Shown: piece after piece, positions 1 to 7,654 of the stretch
How the letters are laid out: each line of letters begins with the position of its first letter
Position numbering within the stretch: position 1 is the stretch's first letter
Assembly: GCA_049974095.1 (NCBI GenBank)
Contig: JBMFJD010000002.1
Location: 1-32,000, forward strand
Length of the DNA stretch: 32,000 nucleotides
Source of the DNA: Nanopusillaceae archaeon
Lineage (GTDB): Archaea; Nanobdellota; Nanobdellia; Nanobdellales; Nanobdellaceae
Reading direction: 5' to 3'
Translations under genes and position numbers: made by a program
Notes under the pieces: model-generated
What the model was told of the DNA's origin: nothing
Database searches by the model: none
What the model saw: the letters and a program-made list of their open reading frames with translations, nothing else

Positions 1-296
1 TGTAATTCGAATAATGCTCCTCCTATTATACCTGCAGCTGCTGCACCAACACCCAAAGCAATAAATCCTGCTTTTGTTAACCTTCTCTTTACAGGATCAT
101 CTTTATAAATAATATCTGCTAATATTAGACCATTTATTGTAACTTTTATATATGAAGGTGATGCAATATATGCAGCATTTTTTAATATTCCTTTATATTC
201 ATCAAATTTATCTTTTACTTTTTCTCCAATTTTTCTTGCTCCATTAACTATTTTATCTAAATATCCTGAAAAATCCTTTGTTATTACTATTCTCTT
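1..296 (-). CDS. Partial ORF running off the window start; predicted membrane protein fragment with an unresolved start
   Basis: 98 stop-free codons on the minus strand in a stop-rich AT genome. The translation KDFSGYLDKIVNGARKIGEKV...KAGFIALGVGAAAAGIIGGALFEL ends in a Gly/Ala-rich TM helix. Tandem TAG TAG (297-302) closes the frame upstream, and there is no ATG/GTG/TTG before the helix. Confidence 0.3.
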
Positions 297-410
297 CTAC
301 TATCTTCTCTAATGGTCAAAAATTAAAACTGAAGTTTATATTTGTTCCTTCTGACATAAAATAATATTTATAATAAAAATTTTAAATATTATCACTAGAT
401 AATACTAAAA

Positions 411-426
411 GCCTTTTTTATAAATT
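411..426 (+). promoter_or_regulatory. TATA box (TTTATAAA) with a purine-rich BRE-like flank, centred about 27 nt upstream of the ATG at 448; implies a leaderless transcript
   Basis: The sequence gccTTTTTTATAAATtc sits at 411-426, at the usual archaeal TATA-to-TSS distance from the first codon of the cluster. Confidence 0.4.
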
Positions 427-447
427 CTCACAGACTATAAACAGAAA

Positions 448-1740
448 ATGAAAAAAGGAATAAGTGGGGAAATAATTAAGATAATAGTTATAGTTATTGT
501 ATTTATTTTTCTTTTTCTAGTTCTTTTTAATATTTTAAAGGCAGCTTCATATTCAGGTAGACTGCAAGCAAAATTTGCATATGCATTATCAGGTTCCGTA
601 AGTTTCTTAGTTAATAAACCAGCGCAATTTACCCATTCATTAGCAACAGATGCTGGGGAAATATATTTAGGGGGAATGGCAGCAGTAGCAACAATTGGAA
701 TGATAGCAGCAGTTCTTAGTCATAATCCATCTGCAGCAGAAGAAGCTGCTCAAATGGAAAAAGAAGCAGGGCAATCTGCCGAAATATTAGAAGAAGGCCA
801 AATGGCTCAAAAAGGTGTGGAATCATGGTATAATAAATATAGCAATTTAGAATCTTCTTCAAATAATTATGAAACATTAAAATCATTAGCAAAAGGTGCT
901 GCAAATGCATTGAGAAAGGTATATGGAAATCCAATAGCAATTGGAATTGGATCAGGTATTGGGTCTGCATGGTTTTTATCTTCATCATATATTACAAATG
1001 GTATTGCCGGTGGAATTCAAGGTCCAATATTATATTATTTAGCACCAGAAGGTGTTATATTTGTAGATTTTAATAATCAACAACAAATTTCTTATATTTT
1101 AGATGAAATGGATAATGATTTAAATAAGTCTTTTGTTAATGAAATAAATAGCAATTGTAATAATAATTATAATTCTCCATCATGTGAAAATATTATTATG
1201 ACATATTTAATTGCAAAATATTTGTATTATACTTGGGGAGAAACTTTAGGACAATCTGTTGCAATTGCAGGTACACATAATGAATATTTTATTGCATTTA
1301 TGAATTATGATTCATCATATAATGTTACACAAGAAGGAGTATTATGCATGTTAGGTATGATGAATTATTATGGTACATCTCCATTAAAACAAATGTATGA
1401 AAATAATTTATCTAGTTTATTGAATGAAATAAATTATGATGGTGATATTGTTTGTCAAATTGCAGGAAATGTATTAGATATATCATTACCATCACCTTCT
1501 GAAGCATGTGGTACTGGAGATGCAAATATTCCTGATAAAATAACACAAATGGATGTTTTTGAATCTTATGTAGTAGAAAACAATCAGTTACAACAGTATA
1601 ATTGTGGAAAAATACCTGAAGATTATAATGTTTTAATTAATGCAACTAGTAGTAGTTATTACTCAGGATATATTCAATATACATATGATGGAGGAACGCA
1701 AGGAGTGATTGTATCAATTGTATTCGGGGGAGGACAATAA
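448..1740 (+). CDS. Surface-cluster protein A (430 aa), family not recognised
   Basis: The N-terminus MKKG-ISGEIIKIIVIVIVFIFLFLVLF has a short basic tip, a Gly, then a 20+ residue hydrophobic stretch (class III/prepilin-like pattern KGIS). It has extra Gly/Ala-rich hydrophobic segments (GGMAAVATIGMIAAVL, IAIGIGSGIGSAWFL) and an N/Y/C-rich C-terminal domain. Confidence 0.75.
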   Translation: MKKGISGEIIKIIVIVIVFIFLFLVLFNILKAASYSGRLQAKFAYALSGSVSFLVNKPAQFTHSLATDAGEIYLGGMAAVATIGMIAAVLSHNPSAAEEAAQMEKEAGQSAEILEEGQMAQKGVESWYNKYSNLESSSNNYETLKSLAKGAANALRKVYGNPIAIGIGSGIGSAWFLSSSYITNGIAGGIQGPILYYLAPEGVIFVDFNNQQQISYILDEMDNDLNKSFVNEINSNCNNNYNSPSCENIIMTYLIAKYLYYTWGETLGQSVAIAGTHNEYFIAFMNYDSSYNVTQEGVLCMLGMMNYYGTSPLKQMYENNLSSLLNEINYDGDIVCQIAGNVLDISLPSPSEACGTGDANIPDKITQMDVFESYVVENNQLQQYNCGKIPEDYNVLINATSSSYYSGYIQYTYDGGTQGVIVSIVFGGGQ

Positions 1741-1771
1741 ACTTTTAAATTACAATGTTGTTTTTTCTTTT

Positions 1772-1900
1772 ATGAATGAATTATTAGAAATAATATTAGC
1801 AATTATTTTAATTATTCTCGTTTTGATATTAATTTTTGCTGTAATAGGGCCAAATATTGGATGGAATATAAAAATATTTGCAACAAACAATGTCCCATAA
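1772..1900 (+). CDS. Mini-protein a1 (42 aa), single TM helix
   Basis: The ATG at 1772 gives MNELLEIILAIILIILVLILIFAVIGPNIGWNIKIFATNNVP. It lies in the co-directional cluster. The track ORF start at 1709 overlaps gene A and adds no hydrophobic signal. Confidence 0.45.
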   Translation: MNELLEIILAIILIILVLILIFAVIGPNIGWNIKIFATNNVP

Positions 1901-2075
1901 AAGATCTGATGTAGGAAATTTCTTAATTGCTATAATAATTTTTATTGTAGCATTAGTATTACTTCTAGTATTTATGATATTTTATTTTAAAGGAGGAATA
2001 AATTTATTTCATAGTATAAATGAAGTAAATGGGACAAATGTTGTAAATGATATAAACAATAATTATTATCCATGA
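1890..2075 (+). CDS. Mini-protein a2 (61 aa): N-terminal helix plus a short N-rich tail
   Basis: MSHKRSDVGNFLIAIIIFIVALVLLLVFMIFYFKGGINLF... The ATG at 1890 overlaps the a1 stop. It is a paralogue of a3 (shared NFLI...IV...VF...GGI pattern). Confidence 0.55.
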   Translation: MSHKRSDVGNFLIAIIIFIVALVLLLVFMIFYFKGGINLFHSINEVNGTNVVNDINNNYYP

Positions 2076-2230
2076 AGTCTGATAATGCAATAAATTTTTT
2101 GATATTTTTAATAATTGCAATTGTTATAATAATATTAGCAATTGTCTTTTATTATTATATAGTTCATGGAGGAATTCAAGCAAATTTAACTAATCCAGGA
2201 TATCAAATATTAAATCAGTCGGGATTATAA
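2072..2230 (+). CDS. Mini-protein a3 (52 aa), absent from the supplied ORF track
   Basis: An ATGA overlap links it to the a2 stop (2072-2075). My translation is MKSDNAINFLIFLIIAIVIIILAIVFYYYIVHGGIQANLTNPGYQILNQSGL, with stop TAA at 2228-2230, one nt before the next gene. Confidence 0.5.
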   Translation: MKSDNAINFLIFLIIAIVIIILAIVFYYYIVHGGIQANLTNPGYQILNQSGL

Positions 2231-2231
2231 T

Positions 2232-3125
2232 ATGAAATCTCAGAGTTCATTATTTAAGATAATATTTGAAATAATTGTATTAGTAATTGTTGCTATATTT
2301 ATAGCAATATTTATTGAAGCAATTATTGGAGTAATTTATGGGAAAGATGTTCAATATCAAAAATATACAGATATAATAAGCCAAATAATAAATGGAGAAA
2401 ATAATCAATTATTAATAAATGATTATGATCCACAATATGTACCTGTATTGGTTGTAAAAGATGAAAATTACTATTTATATATGTTTAAATGTAATTATAA
2501 TATTAACTCATATTCTCTGCAAATTCCATTATGGAATGTTTCTTCTTTAGGTTCTTCAGAGTTACTCTATTTATTTGCTCCAGATCTAACAGGTTGTAGA
2601 GTAATTAAAGAGGATGAAATCGGATCTTGTTCAGATAAAATAACTATAAATATTACCTCCTTAGGAGGATCTGCAGGATATTTAGCAGTTTTGTCATCAG
2701 GACAATTATTAGAACAATATTCAAGTTATTTATCGCCATATTTAGGTGTTAGAGTAGCTATTTTGGCACATATTAATGGATTTTCGAATTTAGGAGCTGT
2801 ATATGTTTATAATCAAACAATTATTACATGTAATTGTGGTGGATGTGAAATAAATAATCAGCCATTAGAATGTTATTTATCAAATGGAAATATTGAAGGA
2901 TGTGCAGAATTAATCGGATTTATAGCCCCTACAGAATATAATTTAAATATTCAAGGATATCCGCAATCTTTTGGTGATTATTTAGCTCAATCTTCATTGA
3001 ATATTAATGGAAATAATATTTCATATTATTCTTTAATAATAAATGAATTTGTCGAAAATCCTGTATTATTAATTGAAAAGCAAAATGGCCGAATAGTATT
3101 TTATTATTCGTTTAATACTAAATAA
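2232..3125 (+). CDS. Surface-cluster protein B (297 aa): N-terminal anchor helix and a Cys-rich extracellular-type domain
   Basis: MKSQSSLFKIIFEIIVLVIVAIFIAIFIEAII, then a polar N/Y/S-rich domain with clustered Cys (CNCGGCEINNQPLEC...GC) and N-X-S/T sequons. Confidence 0.75.
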   Translation: MKSQSSLFKIIFEIIVLVIVAIFIAIFIEAIIGVIYGKDVQYQKYTDIISQIINGENNQLLINDYDPQYVPVLVVKDENYYLYMFKCNYNINSYSLQIPLWNVSSLGSSELLYLFAPDLTGCRVIKEDEIGSCSDKITINITSLGGSAGYLAVLSSGQLLEQYSSYLSPYLGVRVAILAHINGFSNLGAVYVYNQTIITCNCGGCEINNQPLECYLSNGNIEGCAELIGFIAPTEYNLNIQGYPQSFGDYLAQSSLNINGNNISYYSLIINEFVENPVLLIEKQNGRIVFYYSFNTK

Positions 3126-4201
3126 TGGAAGAAGAATTGTTGGAAGTAATTATTTCATCTATATTTTTAATAATTGTTACACTTATCGGATTTGCTATTC
3201 CCTATCTTGCAGCAGAGATGTTTCAAGGACATAATCCATATTTAGTTATAGAAGCTGCAGGCTTTTTAACATATTCAACATCAGAACCTGGAAATATTAT
3301 TGCGGCAATTCCTATGACACAATTTGCAGATGAACTTTTAGAATTTAGAATAATTCCTCCAATAAATAAAGGTTGGATATTTGGATCATATGATAATAGG
3401 GATTTTGGTATTTCAATTGGATATTGTATTGAAAATAATTTAGAAGAGCAATTAATATTTGATTCAATAAATGGATTAATTAATGCTGTATTATCATATT
3501 TACCATTAAGGGGGAGTCCTATAGAAACAGAATCTTTATCTCAAATTGCATCATCAATATTAAGAGCTCAAGTAAAAGGTTATGCAATGGGAGTTATAGA
3601 AAATACAGGAGCATTAACAGCATTTAATTTTATTTCTAATTATGGTACATATGGAAATAATATTGCTGCAAATTTCTTTAATAGTTTCTTATCTTCACTT
3701 GAAACTTCTGCAATAGTTACTGGAGAAAATGTTGTTGAAAGTGCAGTAGACTCTGTTATGTTTTATTTAGCAGGATCTACAGGTATTGGACTTCCCATAG
3801 CTATTGCTGCAGATGTTGCAATAAATGCTGCAATAACATTTATTTTATATGAACAAACTATTCAAAATCCGTTTGCACATTGCTATCATTATAATCCTTC
3901 TTCTGGAATATATTATCGATATAATCCAATATTATTTATTACAATTTATTATAATCCAACATTTTATATTTATGATAATTGCAATGTATATCAATTATGC
4001 AATACTCAAAATAAACAGGCTTTAGCATATGATGTAGGAGATATAAGTAATGATTATATAATAAAAATAGAAATGGGGTATTATGATAGTAAAAGTAGGA
4101 AATATTATTATCCAATATTTTTAATATTAGGTAAATATGATCAACATACTGGAGATTCTCTTGGCTATATAACTGTAAGTATAGTAGCTGGCGAATCATG
4201 A
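3125..4201 (+). CDS. Surface-cluster protein C (358 aa): N-terminal helix plus an internal Gly/Ala-rich hydrophobic segment
   Basis: MEEELLEVIISSIFLIIVTLIGFAI..., with internal GIGLPIAIAADVAINAAITFILY. The C-terminal tail GYITVSIVAGES resembles the tail of protein A (GVIVSIVFGGGQ). It overlaps gene B by 1 nt. Confidence 0.75.
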   Translation: MEEELLEVIISSIFLIIVTLIGFAIPYLAAEMFQGHNPYLVIEAAGFLTYSTSEPGNIIAAIPMTQFADELLEFRIIPPINKGWIFGSYDNRDFGISIGYCIENNLEEQLIFDSINGLINAVLSYLPLRGSPIETESLSQIASSILRAQVKGYAMGVIENTGALTAFNFISNYGTYGNNIAANFFNSFLSSLETSAIVTGENVVESAVDSVMFYLAGSTGIGLPIAIAADVAINAAITFILYEQTIQNPFAHCYHYNPSSGIYYRYNPILFITIYYNPTFYIYDNCNVYQLCNTQNKQALAYDVGDISNDYIIKIEMGYYDSKSRKYYYPIFLILGKYDQHTGDSLGYITVSIVAGES

Positions 4202-5085
4202 AAGGATTATCATTAAAAGATATAATTGAATATATTGTTTCAGCAGTAATAATAATTATATATACATTATTAATTTTATTTTTCTACGGAATATATGAGA
4301 CAGAATCATATTCTTTACAATCTTATGAAATTTTTACTGAAGCTTTACTTGTAGATAGATTAAACTATTGTTTATATCAATATACTGGAAATCCTTATTA
4401 TTTATTTTATTCTCCAACAAATTCTACATTGTATGAATATTGGGATAATTTATCAAATTGTTATATGAACTTATCAGGATATTTTGAAATACCAGTAGAA
4501 AATTATTCAAACGCAGATTGTTCTTCAGCTGGAATAAAAATAAATAATAATATTGTATCATGTGAAGCAATAGAATATGCAAATATATCTTATAAATCAG
4601 TTCCATATTTTATATTCTATAATTTAAATGACCTAACAAAAAGTTATGTATTTTTTAAAAATGTTACATTTTTATTTGAATATCCTATAGGATATAGAAT
4701 TTTACCACATGCTGTTGAAAATAGTTTAATAACAAAATATGTTACTCCTCCTATGCAAATAAATATAAATAGTAATCTAAATTTATATAATACTTTATCA
4801 GAATATATTTATCAATCATCATCTTATTTAAATGATCTATTATATAATATTACAACAGAAAATAATACATTCCAAGATTTATATTCAGATTGTTTTTCAG
4901 AAAATTATAGATACGGATATTTTATTTTTCCAGTATATACAGGATCTGTATTTGAAGCAAATTATAATGGAGAACCAATAGTTATTGGTTTATATAATTT
5001 TGGAAGGGCAACTAGTGAATTATATAATTTAACATGTGGAGTAACTAATGAAGGCATAATTAATATTTCTACATGTAAAACATGA
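4198..5085 (+). CDS. Surface-cluster protein D (295 aa): prepilin-like N-terminus, heavily sequon-decorated
   Basis: In MKG-LSLKDIIEYIVSAVIIIIYTLLILFF, KGLS fits the archaeal class III cleavage pattern and an acidic residue falls at +5. I count 10 N-X-S/T sequons and 7 Cys. ATGA overlap with C. Confidence 0.75.
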   Translation: MKGLSLKDIIEYIVSAVIIIIYTLLILFFYGIYETESYSLQSYEIFTEALLVDRLNYCLYQYTGNPYYLFYSPTNSTLYEYWDNLSNCYMNLSGYFEIPVENYSNADCSSAGIKINNNIVSCEAIEYANISYKSVPYFIFYNLNDLTKSYVFFKNVTFLFEYPIGYRILPHAVENSLITKYVTPPMQININSNLNLYNTLSEYIYQSSSYLNDLLYNITTENNTFQDLYSDCFSENYRYGYFIFPVYTGSVFEANYNGEPIVIGLYNFGRATSELYNLTCGVTNEGIINISTCKT

Positions 5086-5549
5086 TGAAAAATCAAATTG
5101 GTTTCTTTTTATCAATATTATTTTCAACAATTCTTCTTTTATTTATGATTCTATATTTTTTATATGTAAATACAATACAACCAGCAACATTGACAGGAAT
5201 TGCAACAATACAATTAGAAGGATTAGAATATAGATCTTCAAATGGTTTCTTAGATTCTTTAGTATATTTTGAAGAAGTTCAGGTACCTGTAATTGATTTA
5301 TATGCAGGATATTATAATCAAAATATAGGCAATATAATAATAAATCAAACAATTAACGATACACTATATTATTTAAATCAATCAACAATATACTATTTTA
5401 ATTTTAATGGGAATCAGATAGGGGCTTGTGTAAATAAATATCCAATATATTATAATATATATGTAAATGGAGAAATAGAAAGAATAGAAGTATGTCCGCC
5501 AACCCTTTTATTAATTTACTACTATAATATAATATGCTCTCAAAGCTAA
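5082..5549 (+). CDS. Surface-cluster protein E (155 aa): N-terminal anchor helix
   Basis: MMKNQIGFFLSILFSTILLLFMILYFLYV, then an N/Y-rich domain. ATGA overlap with D. Confidence 0.7.
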   Translation: MMKNQIGFFLSILFSTILLLFMILYFLYVNTIQPATLTGIATIQLEGLEYRSSNGFLDSLVYFEEVQVPVIDLYAGYYNQNIGNIIINQTINDTLYYLNQSTIYYFNFNGNQIGACVNKYPIYYNIYVNGEIERIEVCPPTLLLIYYYNIICSQS

Positions 5550-7081
5550 GATCCTCTTTAGCGCCATTAATTTTAATTATTTCAATAATTATTTTATTAT
5601 TATTTTCTTTCTATTATTTGAATTCAAATACAAATACAGCTTTGTCAAATATGGAATATGTGTCTACAGATTATAAAGATTATCAACTCTTCTTATATTA
5701 TTTATTTGTATATATACCATTTGAAATAAGATATAATTTAATTAATTTGCTTTTATCCCAACTATATTCTAATGGAAATGTTTATAATTTAAATACTGTT
5801 CAATCTTTAAATTATCAACAGTGCCAAATTCCAATTGTTGAAAATCTTACAGAGGAAAAAAATATAATGTATTCCAATAAATTGGTTAGACCTATGTTAT
5901 TTACAAGTCCAGGAAGTAATCAAAATAATATATATAGTTATCATTATAAACTATGTATACCTTTGTTATATGTAGAAAATTATCAAAATGATTTCAAATT
6001 ATATAATTATGTACCAATATCTGATATTCCTTATGAAATACAGTCTGATGTTCAAAATTCATTAAAAAATTTACCACCTTTTATTAAATTAAAAGGTTTT
6101 ATCTATTTAGATGGATCATATATACTGTCATATGCTTTATATAATTTTTCTGTACAAGAAAAATATCAAAGAGAAGTAGAAATTAATAATATAGTTTATA
6201 ATTTATATCCTTATTTAATATATTATAATCAATTAATATGTAATATATATAATCAAACATTTTCTTTCTTTAATTTTGTTATAAATAATCAAAATAATTT
6301 TGCTTCATATCAAAATTATATATATTACAATCAAACATCTGGAGATAATACTTATCTATATTTTTCATTTAATAATACAGGATATTACGCATTAGATCTA
6401 TATTATAATAGTTTATTACCTCCGAATTATCCAAATAAAGCAAACATAACAATTGTATTACCATGTGAATCATTTGGCCAATTATATAATGGGGAATGTA
6501 AAGTAAATAATACTATTGAAAATTATGAAGATAGATGCTTATATGAAGGATCTATAAATTATCAAAATTTATTCCAAGGATTTAATTATGAAGAATATTC
6601 TCAAGAAATATTTAATGGATACTGGTATAAGGTCTCCTCAATAAATTATAATTTATTAAATAAACCTCTACCTCCAGATTTTTTAGATTGTAATGATACA
6701 GTAAAATTTGCAAAAGAGATGATTGGAAATTATACATATTTTACTGGAGGAAATTATCCAATATTGGTACCTGTAGAAGTAAATGTAAATTATAATAATA
6801 TATCTTGTGAATTAATGAATCAAACACTTGTTTTTGGTCCATATAATTTACAAGATTGTATATCTAATTATACAGAAGTTCAAGAAATAATAAATAGTAA
6901 TAATTTGAATAATTTATGTACATTAATTCAATGTTGGCAAAATAATCAATATTATTTTAATTTAACATGTTTTAATTCTCAAACAAATTATTTAAATTCA
7001 TTTAATTATAATTATGAAATATATGAATGGATTAATTTAAATGATAAAAATGTTAATGATTTTTGTAATAATCTACAATAA
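5534..7081 (+). CDS. Surface-cluster protein F (515 aa): N-terminal anchor helix and a large N/Y/C-rich domain
   Basis: MLSKLRSSLAPLILIISIIILLLFSFYYL. I count 13 N-X-S/T sequons and multiple Cys. It overlaps E by 16 nt. Confidence 0.75.
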   Translation: MLSKLRSSLAPLILIISIIILLLFSFYYLNSNTNTALSNMEYVSTDYKDYQLFLYYLFVYIPFEIRYNLINLLLSQLYSNGNVYNLNTVQSLNYQQCQIPIVENLTEEKNIMYSNKLVRPMLFTSPGSNQNNIYSYHYKLCIPLLYVENYQNDFKLYNYVPISDIPYEIQSDVQNSLKNLPPFIKLKGFIYLDGSYILSYALYNFSVQEKYQREVEINNIVYNLYPYLIYYNQLICNIYNQTFSFFNFVINNQNNFASYQNYIYYNQTSGDNTYLYFSFNNTGYYALDLYYNSLLPPNYPNKANITIVLPCESFGQLYNGECKVNNTIENYEDRCLYEGSINYQNLFQGFNYEEYSQEIFNGYWYKVSSINYNLLNKPLPPDFLDCNDTVKFAKEMIGNYTYFTGGNYPILVPVEVNVNYNNISCELMNQTLVFGPYNLQDCISNYTEVQEIINSNNLNNLCTLIQCWQNNQYYFNLTCFNSQTNYLNSFNYNYEIYEWINLNDKNVNDFCNNLQ

Positions 7082-7649
7082 TATTATAAAATTTATTTAT
7101 CCTATTTCTTACTTTATTTAATTTTTCATTTGCTTCATTAATCAATTCTTTAAAATATTCTTTATTTACTAATAATTCTCTATTATTTGCAACAATCGTT
7201 TCAATTTTTTCATTTCCAACAATTTCAATCATTGTTCTGTCTTTATTTATTAAAAATATACCAGAATGTTTAAATCCGGCTTTTCTAGCTAATTCCAATA
7301 ATTCATATCCTTTTTCTAAATTTATTGAAGAAACATGTAAAATAAATGGTTCTTGTTTAAAATATATTTTTTCATCATATTTTTTATATACTTCTAATAA
7401 TTTATTCCAAATATAATAAAAATTTACTGGATAATGGGATTTAAATAAAAATTCTGATTCATTTTTCTTTCCAGATTTTGATACTTTTAATAATATTATT
7501 CTTCCAGCACATGAAGAAGTTGTAAAGAAATATTCTAATGAATTAATATAATCTAATAAATAATAAATTGGTTGATCTGCTAAATAATTTTCTTTTGCTT
7601 CTTTTAATTTATTCATATGATATATTTTTAATTTATTAAAATTATTCAT
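7053..7649 (-). CDS. taw3: tRNA wyosine-derivative methyltransferase Taw3 (TYW3 family)
   Basis: FTTSSCAGRI (the SSCxGRI motif), EPFILHVSS and ARKAGFKHSGI match my memory of archaeal Taw3. I chose the start at 7649 (MNNFNKLKIYHMNKLKEAKE) by length match to known Taw3. The track start at 7733 would run through the neighbouring gene start. Confidence 0.75.
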   Translation of the reverse strand: MNNFNKLKIYHMNKLKEAKENYLADQPIYYLLDYINSLEYFFTTSSCAGRIILLKVSKSGKKNESEFLFKSHYPVNFYYIWNKLLEVYKKYDEKIYFKQEPFILHVSSINLEKGYELLELARKAGFKHSGIFLINKDRTMIEIVGNEKIETIVANNRELLVNKEYFKELINEANEKLNKVRNRINKFYNIIVDYYKNH

Positions 7650-7654
7650 AATAT

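Noticed and set aside
716-988. Antisense or alternate-frame ORFs at 716-988, 3939-4199, 4424-4606, 5143-5352, 8850-9107, 11005-11268, 14866-15204, 18661-18855, 23955-24260, 26146-26418, 26440-26646, 27394-27597 and 28865-29065
   Set aside because: Each is nested within a longer ORF that has a coherent protein-like sequence or a recognisable family. Their compositions look like shadow frames of AT-rich coding DNA.
1709-1889. Track starts at 1709 (a1) and the TTG at 1878 (a2)
   Set aside because: The 1709 start overlaps gene A and adds a non-hydrophobic prefix. The ATG codons at 1772 and 1890 give the N-terminal-helix architecture shared by the cluster. This remains uncertain.
448-7081. Interpretation of the anchored-protein cluster as an integrated virus or mobile element
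   Set aside because: I could see no integrase, transposase, capsid-like or packaging ATPase gene, no flanking direct repeats and no adjacent tRNA target. Composition and codon style match the rest of the window. Structural searches could still revive this idea.
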